Shown piece after piece: positions 18,519-27,876 of a stretch of 64,000 nucleotides of DNA (its first letter is position 1; the number at the start of each line of letters is the position of its first letter). Source of the stretch: Bacilli bacterium (GTDB taxonomy: Bacteria > Bacillota_I > Bacilli_A > RF39 > UBA660); assembly GCA_017510225.1 (NCBI GenBank), contig JAFWNS010000006.1:2260-66259 (forward strand), given 5' to 3'. The notes beneath the pieces were generated by a model. The model ran no database searches and was not told the origin of the DNA. It worked only from the letters and a program-made list of their open reading frames with translations. The translations under genes and the position numbers were made by a program.

Positions 18519-19715
18519 ATGAATAGAGATGACTTTCCAATGTTAGATAAAGATATTAGTTTCTTTGATAATGGGGCAACAACTCTAAAACCTAAATGTG
18601 TAATAGAAAGTGTAGAAGATTATTATACTAAGCATACTTCTAATATACATAGAGGAGATTATGATGCTTCTGTTATTACAAATAAATTGTATGATGAGAC
18701 AAGAGATGTAGTATGTAAGTTTATTAATTGTAATAGTCCAAAAGAAGTAGTATTTACTAGCGGAACTACTGAATCTATTAATATGGTTGTATTTGGATAT
18801 ATGAAAAAATATCTTAAAAAAGGTGATGAAGTCCTACTTACTAAGTCAGAACATGCATCTAACGTTCTACCTTGGATTAAATTAAGTGAAGAGCTTGGAA
18901 TAGTTATAAAATATATACCTCTAAATGAAGAATATGAATTAACAGTAGAAAATCTAGAAAAAACTATTACAGATAAAACAAAAGTAATTTCAATTGCGCA
19001 TGTTACTAATGTAATAGGAGATGTACGTGATATAGAAGAAATAGGTAAGATATGTAAGGATAAGAATATCTTATTTAACGTAGATGGAGCCCAAAGTGTT
19101 CCTCATATGAAAGTAGATTTTAAGAAATGTAATATTGATTTTTTAAGTTTTTCTGCACATAAAATGTTAGGACCTACAGGAGTAGGAGTATTAGTAGGGA
19201 AATATAATCTACTTGAAGATATGGATCCAATTAAGTTTGGTGGTGGAATGAATCAATTTTTTGAAGAAGATAATTCTTATGAATTAAAGAATGCTCCTGT
19301 TAAGTTTGAAGCAGGAACTCCTAATATAGAAGGAGTTATAGGTATGAAAACTGCTATTGAATATTTAGAATCTATTGGTATGGATAAAATACATAATTAT
19401 GAGATAGATCTAAAGAAATATTTAGTAGGGGAGTTAGAAAAAATACCTAATTTAGTTTTATATAATAAAAACTCTAATAGTGGGATACTTGCATTTAATA
19501 TAAAAGATGTATTTAGTCAAGATGCATCAGTGTATTTAAATCATTATAATATCTATGTGCGTGCTGGTAATCACTGCACTAAGATGTTAAAAGATGAGAT
19601 TAATATTAGAAATACTGTAAGAGTAAGTATGTATTTATATAATAATAAAGAAGATGTAGATAAATTAATTATGGTATTAAAGGATAGTAAAGATATATTT
19701 AAAGTAATATTATAG
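18519..19715 (+). CDS. sufS: cysteine desulfurase SufS (class V aminotransferase)
   Basis: PLP-lysine region FSAHKMLGPTGVGVL. RAGNHC active-site Cys loop. Confidence 0.9.
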   Translation: MNRDDFPMLDKDISFFDNGATTLKPKCVIESVEDYYTKHTSNIHRGDYDASVITNKLYDETRDVVCKFINCNSPKEVVFTSGTTESINMVVFGYMKKYLKKGDEVLLTKSEHASNVLPWIKLSEELGIVIKYIPLNEEYELTVENLEKTITDKTKVISIAHVTNVIGDVRDIEEIGKICKDKNILFNVDGAQSVPHMKVDFKKCNIDFLSFSAHKMLGPTGVGVLVGKYNLLEDMDPIKFGGGMNQFFEEDNSYELKNAPVKFEAGTPNIEGVIGMKTAIEYLESIGMDKIHNYEIDLKKYLVGELEKIPNLVLYNKNSNSGILAFNIKDVFSQDASVYLNHYNIYVRAGNHCTKMLKDEINIRNTVRVSMYLYNNKEDVDKLIMVLKDSKDIFKVIL

Positions 19716-19723
19716 GTGATAAT

Positions 19724-20149
19724 ATGGATAGTAATTTAAAAAGAGAAATAATACTAGATAACTATGAAAATCCTATGCATAGAGGATTAGTTAATGATGA
19801 TAGTTATTTAAGTACTAATTATAATAGTGAAAGTTGTATAGATAATTTAACTTTAATGATGAAAGTAGAAGATGGTATTATTAAAGATATTGTCTTTGAT
19901 GGAGAAGCATGTGCTATTAGTACATCTGCTACTTCTATATTTATTAGAAATTTAATTGGTAAGAGTGTAGAAGATGCTAAAAAATTAATTTTAAATTATA
20001 AAAATATGTTAGAAGAAAAAGAATATGATGAAGATTTACTACAAGACTTAGTAGTATATGAAAGTATTAGTAAACAACCTAATAGAATGAATTGTGCATT
20101 ACTACCTAGTAGTTGTATTACTAAAATGATAGAACAGTTAGAAAAATAG
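19724..20149 (+). CDS. sufU: SUF sulfur-transfer scaffold SufU (NifU/IscU-like)
   Basis: NPMHRGL, GEACAIS and C-terminal NCALLP Cys ligand motifs. Confidence 0.85.
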   Translation: MDSNLKREIILDNYENPMHRGLVNDDSYLSTNYNSESCIDNLTLMMKVEDGIIKDIVFDGEACAISTSATSIFIRNLIGKSVEDAKKLILNYKNMLEEKEYDEDLLQDLVVYESISKQPNRMNCALLPSSCITKMIEQLEK

Positions 20150-20168
20150 TTAGAATCGTGGTGATATT

Positions 20169-21482
20169 ATGGAAATAGTAGGTATAAATAAAGATAAAAT
20201 TAAACTTATATCTAAAGAGAAGAATGAAGATAAATGGGTTAGAGACTTTAGATTAAAAAGTTATGATAATTTTATTAATTTAGATATGCCTAAATTTGGT
20301 CCAAAGATTGATCTAGATTTTAATAAAATAATATATTATAAGAAAGATAAACAAGATTTAAAAATTGAAAGTGATTGGAATAACGTTTTAAAACCAGTTG
20401 TAGATGAATTAGATGATTTAGGGGTAATTGAAAGTGAAAGACATCTATCAGGTATGGGAGTTCAATATGAAAGTGAAGTAATATACCATAAAATGATAGA
20501 AGAATTAGAAAAGAAAAAAGTAATATTTACATCCATTGAAGTTGCGATGAAAAAGTATCCTGATTTAGTAAAAAAATATTTTGGAAAAATAGTGAATAAT
20601 AATGAAAATAAATTTTCTGCTTTAAATAGTGCAGTATTTAGTGGAGGTAGTTTTATATATATACCACCTAATACTAAATTAGATAGACCATTACAAAGTT
20701 ATTTTAGAATTAATTCTCGTAATATGGGACAATTTGAAAGAACTTTAATAATAGTAGATGATAATTCCGATTTGCATTATGTAGAAGGTTGTACTGCACC
20801 ATCTTATAGTGAATCTGCACTTCATGCGGCAGTAGTAGAAATATATGTAGGTAAAAATAGTAAATGTAGATATTCTACTATTCAAAATTGGGCTACTAAT
20901 GTATATAATTTAGTTACTAAAAGAGCGCTTGTTGATGAAGGTGGAAAGATGGAATGGATAGATGGTAATATTGGTAGTAAAGTTACTATGAAATATCCAT
21001 GTTGTGTATTAAAAGGAGATAACTCTAGTGGTACTTGTATTACTATATCAGTTGCTACAAAAGAACAACAACAAGATAGTGGAGCTAGAATGATTCATTT
21101 AGGTAAGAATACTAAGAGTAATATAATATCTAAAAGTATTGCTAGTGATGGAGGAAACGCAATTTATAGAGGAGATGTTAAGATAAAAGAGAAATCTAGT
21201 AATAGTGAAGCTATAGTACAATGTGATACTTTAATACTAGATGAAAAATCTAAGAGTGATACTATTCCTACAAACTCATGTTTTAATCTAAGTAGTAATA
21301 TAGAACATGAAGCAACAGTCTCTAAAATAAGTGAAGATAACTTGTTCTATATGATGAGTAGAGGTATATCTAGGGAAAGAGCTACTGAACTTATAGTATT
21401 AGGTTTCTTAGAAAAATTTAGAGAAGAACTACCTATGGAATATGCAGTAGAATTAAACCAATTAATAAAAAGTAATTTATAG
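20169..21482 (+). CDS. sufB: Fe-S cluster assembly protein SufB
   Basis: 437 aa with the SufB core. C-terminal NLFYMMSRGISRERATELIVLGFL signature. Confidence 0.9.
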   Translation: MEIVGINKDKIKLISKEKNEDKWVRDFRLKSYDNFINLDMPKFGPKIDLDFNKIIYYKKDKQDLKIESDWNNVLKPVVDELDDLGVIESERHLSGMGVQYESEVIYHKMIEELEKKKVIFTSIEVAMKKYPDLVKKYFGKIVNNNENKFSALNSAVFSGGSFIYIPPNTKLDRPLQSYFRINSRNMGQFERTLIIVDDNSDLHYVEGCTAPSYSESALHAAVVEIYVGKNSKCRYSTIQNWATNVYNLVTKRALVDEGGKMEWIDGNIGSKVTMKYPCCVLKGDNSSGTCITISVATKEQQQDSGARMIHLGKNTKSNIISKSIASDGGNAIYRGDVKIKEKSSNSEAIVQCDTLILDEKSKSDTIPTNSCFNLSSNIEHEATVSKISEDNLFYMMSRGISRERATELIVLGFLEKFREELPMEYAVELNQLIKSNL

Positions 21483-21516
21483 GTAATTTGTATATTTAAT
21501 ATATTAAGTATTCTAA

Positions 21517-21550
21517 AAAGAAATTTTCACATAGAGAATTTCTTTTTTTG
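21517..21550 (+). terminator. rho-independent terminator after the suf operon
   Basis: 9-bp stem aaagaaatt / aatttcttt followed by a T-run. Confidence 0.55.
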
Positions 21551-21637
21551 TATAAAAAAACTCTTTTAATTCTTAATTTCTGCAGTTTGATTTATCAAAA
21601 ACAACTAGATAATATATCACTTGAAAGGAGGTGATAT

Positions 21638-21982
21638 ATGTTAAATCAGGTGGTTTTGGTTGGTAGACTTGCACATGAAATACAAATAAATAATAGTGAT
21701 TCTGGTAAGAAAGTTGCAACACTTACACTTGCCATCCCAAGGAGTTTTAAAAACATGGAAGGGGGATACGATACAGATTTTATAAAGTGTATTATTTGGG
21801 ATAGTGTTGCAGAAAACACAAAAGAGTATTGTAAAAAAGGGGATGTTGTCGGATTAAAGGGGCGACTTCAATCTAGGACTATAGAAAAGGATAAAAAGAA
21901 TGAAACTATTATGGAAGTAGTAGGTGAAAAAATAACTTTCCTTTCTAGCAAACCTAAAGACGAAAAAGAAGCAGACAAATAG
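21638..21982 (+). CDS. ssb: short single-stranded DNA-binding protein lacking the acidic C-terminal tail (SsbB-like)
   Basis: OB-fold motifs MLNQVVLVGRL...ATLTLAIPRSF...DFIKCIIW...GLKGRLQSR. The protein ends in EKEADK with no DDDIPF-type tail. AGGAGGTGA RBS. Own promoter (TTGATT, 17 nt, TAATAT) and terminator. Confidence 0.8.
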   Translation: MLNQVVLVGRLAHEIQINNSDSGKKVATLTLAIPRSFKNMEGGYDTDFIKCIIWDSVAENTKEYCKKGDVVGLKGRLQSRTIEKDKKNETIMEVVGEKITFLSSKPKDEKEADK

Positions 21983-21994
21983 TCTGCTTTTATA
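21969..21994 (+). terminator. rho-independent terminator overlapping the ssb stop codon
   Basis: gcagac / gtctgc hairpin followed by TTTTAT. Confidence 0.45.
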
Positions 21995-22004
21995 TTTTAT
22001 ATAA

Positions 22005-22034
22005 TTGACTAATGCAAAATATTTATGGTAATAT
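22005..22034 (+). promoter_or_regulatory. sigma-A type promoter
   Basis: TTGACT (22005-10), 18 nt, then TAATAT (22029-34). Confidence 0.4.
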
Positions 22035-22063
22035 GTTTTTGTTGAATGGGAGGTAATGTTGTT

Positions 22064-22339
22064 ATGATGTCAACTAAGGAAATGTTAGATCAAATAGATG
22101 AGGAAGAAAAAGATTTAATTAAAAAGGCGGATGCTGCTCAAAGGGCAGGAGATTATTCAATGATGAAAAAATATGATAGGTTACTAGAAAATAGACGAAA
22201 AGAAAGACGTGAAATACAACAAGGTCTTATTAGTTCAATTAATGATAAGAAAGAAATGGACGAAATGTTAAAAGAAAGCAGTAGTTCAGTAAGTACAGCA
22301 GATGAATATGTAGAATCAAATTCATCAAAAAATATATAG
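22064..22339 (+). CDS. hypothetical small coiled-coil protein
   Basis: GGGAGG RBS. Sequence rich in K, E and R. No known family recognised. Confidence 0.4.
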   Translation: MMSTKEMLDQIDEEEKDLIKKADAAQRAGDYSMMKKYDRLLENRRKERREIQQGLISSINDKKEMDEMLKESSSSVSTADEYVESNSSKNI

Positions 22340-22364
22340 TTTAAATATATTAGGGGATATTGTT

Positions 22365-22799
22365 ATGATAGAAGCTTATAAAAAATTTTGGATAAATTAT
22401 TTTAATTTTAAAGGAAGAAGTAGTAGAAGTGATTATTGGTGGGTTGTACTTGTTAATACAATTATAGTTTTAATTATATCATTATTTACTTTTATTAATT
22501 CTAGTGTAGTACAAACTATTATACAAACTATTGCTACTATATTTTCAATTGCTATATTTATTCCAGAAATATCAATATCAGTAAGAAGATTACATGATAT
22601 TAATAAGTCTGGATGGTATTATCTTATTGGATTAGTTCCATCATTTGCTCTTTCTATATGTGAAAGTTTATTACCAGAAAAGAATCCAATTTTGATTGTT
22701 ATAACACTTGTAGCTTTAGCAACAACTATCTTTATGATAATGCTATATTGTATGCCAAGTGTAGATAAGAAAAATAAATATGAAAAATTAAAAAAATAA
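22365..22799 (+). CDS. DUF805 family inner membrane protein
   Basis: FKGRSSRSDYWWVVLVN N-terminal signature of DUF805 (YhaH-like). Three or four TM helices. Confidence 0.7.
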   Translation: MIEAYKKFWINYFNFKGRSSRSDYWWVVLVNTIIVLIISLFTFINSSVVQTIIQTIATIFSIAIFIPEISISVRRLHDINKSGWYYLIGLVPSFALSICESLLPEKNPILIVITLVALATTIFMIMLYCMPSVDKKNKYEKLKK

Positions 22800-22824
22800 T
22801 TAGGATTTAATCCTAATTTTTTAT
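22799..22824 (+). terminator. rho-independent terminator
   Basis: attagga / tcctaat hairpin followed by T6. Confidence 0.5.
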
Positions 22825-22867
22825 TTTATATGTTATACTATACTTAGTATAGAAGGAAGGTATGCAT

Positions 22868-23260
22868 ATGTATTGTTCTAATTGTGGTGCTAAGATATCA
22901 AGTGAAGATACTTTTTGTCCTAGATGTCATACATCAATAGCAGTGGAATCTAATAACAACTTAAATGATACTGATAATAAGATATCTAGTCGAAGTAGAA
23001 AATTTTCAATTGCATCATTTTTATTAGCGATGCTACCAGTAGCTATAATCTTATTTTCATTAATGTGTTCTACAGATATAAATGGAGAAGCGGGAAATTT
23101 TGTAACTTTATATTTTATGACAATTGGTATTCCTGTTTCTGGTGCGGCTTTAATAACAGGAATAATGAGTTTAATGACTAAAAAGAATGCATTAGCTATT
23201 ATAAGTATTATAGTTAGTGTACTTCCGTTGTTCTTCCTTTTATCGATGATAATTATATAA
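22868..23260 (+). CDS. zinc-ribbon domain membrane protein
   Basis: N-terminal CSNCG...CPRCH zinc ribbon followed by three TM helices. Start at ATG 22868, 7 nt after an AGGAAGG RBS. Confidence 0.55.
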   Translation: MYCSNCGAKISSEDTFCPRCHTSIAVESNNNLNDTDNKISSRSRKFSIASFLLAMLPVAIILFSLMCSTDINGEAGNFVTLYFMTIGIPVSGAALITGIMSLMTKKNALAIISIIVSVLPLFFLLSMIII

Positions 23261-23269
23261 CAATAAATA

Positions 23270-23294
23270 ACTAGGAATTATTCCTAGTTTTTGT
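23270..23294 (+). terminator. rho-independent terminator
   Basis: ctaggaa / ttcctag hairpin followed by T5. Confidence 0.5.
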
Positions 23295-23347
23295 ATGTAT
23301 TTTTTTATATAATCGTGTTATAATCTATGTATGATAGGGGTGCTAGT

Positions 23348-23752
23348 ATGGAAATAAATATTAGGACATATAAAACTAGTGATAAAGATTCTTTAAACGC
23401 ATTACTTAAGGAAGTATATAACTTAGAAAAAAGAGAAGATAATAATACTAATATAGAAATAGTTGCGGTATGTGATAATCAAGTAGTTGGTTATTTAACT
23501 ATTAATAAATTATATGATAGTGTTAAAAATATTAATTATGCTTTTTTAAATTATGTATGTGTAAGAAAAGAATATAGAAATAAAGGTATTGCTTCTCATA
23601 TGTTGGAATATTCATTTAATATATGTAGAGATAATAATATTTCATATATAGAACTTACTTCTAACGATAAGAGAGTAGAGGCACAATATTTATATAGAAG
23701 TATGGGATTTACTATTAGAGAGACTAATGTCTTTAGGAAGGAGATATTATGA
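23348..23752 (+). CDS. GNAT family N-acetyltransferase
   Basis: V.V...YR.KGIAS..L motif (CVRKEYRNKGIASHML). Start at ATG 23348 after an AGGGGTG RBS. Stop overlaps the pdp start. Confidence 0.75.
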   Translation: MEINIRTYKTSDKDSLNALLKEVYNLEKREDNNTNIEIVAVCDNQVVGYLTINKLYDSVKNINYAFLNYVCVRKEYRNKGIASHMLEYSFNICRDNNISYIELTSNDKRVEAQYLYRSMGFTIRETNVFRKEIL

Positions 23753-24981
23753 TAGTAGATATTATTAATAAGAAAAGATTAGGTAAAGAGTTAAGTTTTA
23801 AAGAGTTGAATTTTTTCTTTAATGGATATTTAGATGGTAAAATTAAAGATTATCAAATGTCTAGTTTATTAATGGCTATATGTATTATGGGTATGACAGA
23901 TGAAGAGATATATGCTTTAACTAAGATATTTGTTGATAGTGGAGATATTTTGGATTTAAGTTTCTTGCCAGGTAATAAAGTTGATAAACATTCTACTGGA
24001 GGTGTAGGGGATAAAACTACTTTAGCAGTAGCGCCTATAGTAGCAGCTTTAGATATACCTATTATAAAGATGAGTGGTAGAGGATTAGGTTTTACTGGCG
24101 GTACTATTGATAAGTTGGAAAGCATTCCAGGATATAATACTTCACTTACTGATCAACAAATAATTCATCAAGCTAAAGATATAGGAATTGTATTAACAGG
24201 ACAAACTGCTACTTTAGTGCCTATGGATAAAGAAATATATGCATTAAGAGATGTTACTGGAACAGTTTCTTCTGTACCTTTAATCGCTGTTAGTACTATG
24301 AGTAAGAAAATAGCTAGTGGGGCTAATAAAATAGTTATGGATATTAAAGTAGGTGGTGGGGCTTTACTACATACTAGAAAAGATGCCCATAAACTTAGTG
24401 AATTAATGAAAAAGATAGGAAAATTTTATAATAGAGAAGTAGAAACTGTTATTAGTGATATGAATGTTCCTTTAGGACATAATATAGGTAATAGTTTAGA
24501 AGTTTTAGAAGCAATTGATCTATTAAAAGGAAAGATTAAAACAGGTAATTTTTATTCTTTATGTATAGAACTTGCTAGTGAAATTATAAGTATGGCTAAA
24601 GGAGTTTCTAAATGGGATGGTGCTGATATGGCTAGAGAGGCTATATTAGATGGTTCTGCTTATAAGAAATTTGAAGAATTAGTTAAAGCTCAAGGAGGAG
24701 ATCTTTCTAAAATAGAAATCAGTAAGAAGACTAAACAAATTAAGGCTAAGAAGAGTGGTATTTTAGAGAAAATAGATGCTTATAAATTGGCTGAAATATC
24801 AGTAGGTTTAGGTGCTGGTAGAGTAAGTAAAGAAGATAAAATTAATCCTAAAGTTGGAATAGTACTTAATAAAGAAGTTGGTTCTATGATTAAAAAAGGT
24901 AGTGTTTTATGTACTGTTTATTATGAGAATGTTAAAGATTTTGATCCTTCTTTAGTATTAGATGCGTTTTCAATAGGATAA
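23749..24981 (+). CDS. pdp: pyrimidine-nucleoside (thymidine) phosphorylase
   Basis: HSTGGVGDKTT...SGRGLGFTGGTIDKLESIPGY motifs of the thymidine/pyrimidine-nucleoside phosphorylase family. Confidence 0.9.
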   Translation: MIVDIINKKRLGKELSFKELNFFFNGYLDGKIKDYQMSSLLMAICIMGMTDEEIYALTKIFVDSGDILDLSFLPGNKVDKHSTGGVGDKTTLAVAPIVAALDIPIIKMSGRGLGFTGGTIDKLESIPGYNTSLTDQQIIHQAKDIGIVLTGQTATLVPMDKEIYALRDVTGTVSSVPLIAVSTMSKKIASGANKIVMDIKVGGGALLHTRKDAHKLSELMKKIGKFYNREVETVISDMNVPLGHNIGNSLEVLEAIDLLKGKIKTGNFYSLCIELASEIISMAKGVSKWDGADMAREAILDGSAYKKFEELVKAQGGDLSKIEISKKTKQIKAKKSGILEKIDAYKLAEISVGLGAGRVSKEDKINPKVGIVLNKEVGSMIKKGSVLCTVYYENVKDFDPSLVLDAFSIG

Positions 24982-25012
24982 TTATGTGGTAAAATAAATA
25001 TGTGGAGGGTTT

Positions 25013-25975
25013 ATGAAAAAGATTAGTAAGTATAAAATGCCAATATTTATTTTAGTATTTTTAGTAGTTATAGGTCTTGTTGTTTATAATGTTACTAATA
25101 ATAAACATTCTTATGCAATAGAAGATAAGATAGAAATACCTAATTCTTTAAAGGTTGATAATCTAGGTAATAGTATTTTATCTGAAGATGTTAAAAATGC
25201 AAAAGGAGTTAGTGTTAATAAACTTTATGGTAATAATAATCAAGTATTTAGTTTTAAAGTAGAAGATAAGTATGGAGATAATTATTCCAAACAAGAAGTT
25301 ATTAAAGATAAAGGACTTATATATATTCTTTCTAATAGTTATCCTACTAAAGATATTAGAGATGAAAACGGTAATGTATTAGATAGTAATTTTCAAACTT
25401 GGATTACACAAGCTTCTATATGGGTTTATCTAAATGAAAAAGGTTTGTATAAAGATTTAGATAGTAATATTATAAATAATATTAAAAATTGTAAGAAGTT
25501 ATATAGTGGTGATAAAGTTTTAGAAGAAAAAGAAGGTATTTATAATAAATATATAAAGGATTTAGTTGATAATGCTTCTAAGATTAATACAGAAGATGAA
25601 TATGTAAAAGTATTTAAAGAAGATAAAATTTATTCAACTAATGATAATAAGTATTATCAAAGTTCTGAGATAAAGGTTATTACTAATAAGTCAGATAGTT
25701 TTAAGAAATATGTTATATCTGCACCAGAAGGTGTAAAAATAGTTGATTCTAGTGGAAAAGAAATAGATGATAATACTTTAGTAGATGTAACTGATTCTTT
25801 CTATGTTAGAGTTCCTAAAAATGATATAAATAAGAATAAGACTTTTACTATTAAAGTAAAGGGTATATTTGATAAATATGAAGGTTATATTTATAGTGAA
25901 AATGGCTATAATGACGTAATTTATGGTGGTAGATTTGATTATGTTGTAGATAGTGATTTTGACATAAAATTTTAG
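25013..25975 (+). CDS. membrane-anchored paralogue of the thioester-domain adhesin, with Ser replacing the thioester Cys and no sorting signal
   Basis: QVFSFKVEDK aligns with QVFCLDKDK of the next gene. The TWITQASIWVY (TQxA[IV]W) motif is retained. No C-terminal xPxTG signal. N-terminal signal-anchor helix. Confidence 0.55.
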   Translation: MKKISKYKMPIFILVFLVVIGLVVYNVTNNKHSYAIEDKIEIPNSLKVDNLGNSILSEDVKNAKGVSVNKLYGNNNQVFSFKVEDKYGDNYSKQEVIKDKGLIYILSNSYPTKDIRDENGNVLDSNFQTWITQASIWVYLNEKGLYKDLDSNIINNIKNCKKLYSGDKVLEEKEGIYNKYIKDLVDNASKINTEDEYVKVFKEDKIYSTNDNKYYQSSEIKVITNKSDSFKKYVISAPEGVKIVDSSGKEIDDNTLVDVTDSFYVRVPKNDINKNKTFTIKVKGIFDKYEGYIYSENGYNDVIYGGRFDYVVDSDFDIKF

Positions 25976-26054
25976 AATTTTATTAAATATGTAAAAAAAT
26001 GTTTGATTTATATAAAAATATGTTATAATAACTATATGAAGGTAGGGTGAATTT

Positions 26055-27230
26055 ATGGAAAAAATTTATATGGATGATCATGAAGAAAAAAAGCAATCAA
26101 AGTTTAGACAAATAATGGGATCACAAGTTCCTCATCATTTATCAGCTTTGATGATATTGGTAGCGTTTGTTTCTTTTATCGCAATACAATTTGGTGGTAA
26201 AGAATCACATGCAATTATGTATGATAAAAATCAAATAGGGGATACTTTTAAAACTATAACTTCAGCACATAGTGAGTGGAGAACAATTAAGACTAATGAT
26301 TCTACAGTAACTGGACCTTATTCTTTACCACATATGTTAATAGATGAAGGTGCTGGAACAGCAAGTAATAAACAAGTATTTTGTTTAGATAAGGACAAGG
26401 AGTTTCCAACAGACGAAACTAACGCTGTGACTTATACAAGAACAGCTAATAAGGTAGATGCTGGTATTGTTTATATCATTTCTCAAAATGATAATCACTA
26501 TAATTCAAACGGACAATTACTTAACAAATATACTAGAACATGGATTACACAGACAGCTATATGGGCATATAAAGGTGCTTTAGGTGATGATAAGGCAAAA
26601 GCAGAAGCTGCTAACCTTATTAGAGCTTATAAATATGGTACTAGTGGATTAGAAAAAACAGATGAAGAAACTGTTCAAGATCTATATGCTAAATATGTAA
26701 CACCATTAGTTAGTAAAGCTGCAACAGTTAAAGATAATAATATAACAATTACTAAAAGTAGTGATGATATTACTGTAACTAGTGATAATAAGTATTATAA
26801 ATCACCAATGATTACAGTTGGAGGAATCCAAAGTGGTGAAACTTATTCTATGTCATCTGAAGTACCAAGTGGTACTAAATGGTATAGAGAAAATGGTACT
26901 GAAATCAAAGATTTAGCTCATATTGATGTTACTAAATTCTATATGTTAGTACCAATTGCTAATGTAACTGAAAAGACTAAAACAGTTAAGCTTTCTGTTA
27001 CTGGTCCAGTTCCAACAGCCTATGAATTTACTCCAAGTGATGCTAATGTTCAAAAAGTAACAGTATTAGAAAAACAAACAATGAATACTGGACTTGATTT
27101 AAATTATGCGCCTAGTGTACCTGATACAGGTATGAACGCTGCACAATCTGTATACTTTATTGGACTTGTAATATTGTTATGTGGACTTGGTATAATTTAT
27201 GCGAATGCGAAATCTAAGGTTTCTGAATAA
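26055..27230 (+). CDS. sortase-anchored surface protein with a putative thioester domain (TED adhesin)
   Basis: FCLDK Cys motif plus TWITQTAIWAY (TQxAIW) Gln motif. C-terminal sorting signal SVPDTG, then a hydrophobic helix and a KSK tail. N-terminal TM/signal segment. Confidence 0.65.
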   Translation: MEKIYMDDHEEKKQSKFRQIMGSQVPHHLSALMILVAFVSFIAIQFGGKESHAIMYDKNQIGDTFKTITSAHSEWRTIKTNDSTVTGPYSLPHMLIDEGAGTASNKQVFCLDKDKEFPTDETNAVTYTRTANKVDAGIVYIISQNDNHYNSNGQLLNKYTRTWITQTAIWAYKGALGDDKAKAEAANLIRAYKYGTSGLEKTDEETVQDLYAKYVTPLVSKAATVKDNNITITKSSDDITVTSDNKYYKSPMITVGGIQSGETYSMSSEVPSGTKWYRENGTEIKDLAHIDVTKFYMLVPIANVTEKTKTVKLSVTGPVPTAYEFTPSDANVQKVTVLEKQTMNTGLDLNYAPSVPDTGMNAAQSVYFIGLVILLCGLGIIYANAKSKVSE

Positions 27231-27861
27231 GCTTAAACGTAAAGAATATAAAAAGAGTCATTTATTAATATTTGGCTCTTTACTTGTATTTATGGGGTTT
27301 TTCTTCTTATCATTTAACCATTTAGCTAAATTAAGAGAACAGTTGTTTTCTGATATGTTGCTTTCTATGTATGGTTATGGTAATCAGGAGAGTAAAGTAA
27401 AAGCTCCAATAGCCAAAAATGTATCAGATGGTACGGTGTATAATCAAAAGAATATTGATTTTAGTAAATATTTAGGAGTTTTATCTATTCCTAAAATAGG
27501 ACTTAGAAGGGGATTTTATAATTTAGATTCAAAATACAATAGTATAGAATATAATGTTACAGTAGTTAAAGGGTCTACTATGCCAGATGTAGCTGGAGGT
27601 AATTTAATGCTTATGGCACATTCTGGTGATGCTTATATTTCTTACTTTGCATATTTATATAGATTAAATATAGGTGATAATGCTTTTGTTACATATAATG
27701 GAAGAGATTATAAATATGGGTTAGTTAATGTTTATAATGTGCCTAAAAATGGTAAAGTAAAAATTAATAGAAATTTCGATAGAACTACTTTAACACTTAT
27801 TACTTGTACTAAGGATGATAGTACAAAACAAACTGTATATATTTTTGAACTAGTAGGATAG
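27199..27861 (+). CDS. srtB: sortase (class B-like transpeptidase)
   Basis: N-terminal TM anchor. Catalytic His in LMLMAHSG. TLxTC active-site motif TLTLITCT. Gene overlaps the 3' end of its putative substrate gene. Confidence 0.8.
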   Translation: MRMRNLRFLNKLKRKEYKKSHLLIFGSLLVFMGFFFLSFNHLAKLREQLFSDMLLSMYGYGNQESKVKAPIAKNVSDGTVYNQKNIDFSKYLGVLSIPKIGLRRGFYNLDSKYNSIEYNVTVVKGSTMPDVAGGNLMLMAHSGDAYISYFAYLYRLNIGDNAFVTYNGRDYKYGLVNVYNVPKNGKVKINRNFDRTTLTLITCTKDDSTKQTVYIFELVG

Positions 27862-27876
27862 TGTGGAGGTGGTAAT

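Noticed and set aside
21560-23300. Prophage or ICE remnant suggested by the tail-less SSB
   Set aside because: No integrase, recombinase, repressor, capsid or terminase genes, and no att-like repeats. Bacilli and Clostridia commonly carry a chromosomal SsbB paralogue.
23853-24125. 90-aa minus-strand ORF inside pdp
   Set aside because: Antisense to a highly conserved enzyme gene. Spurious.
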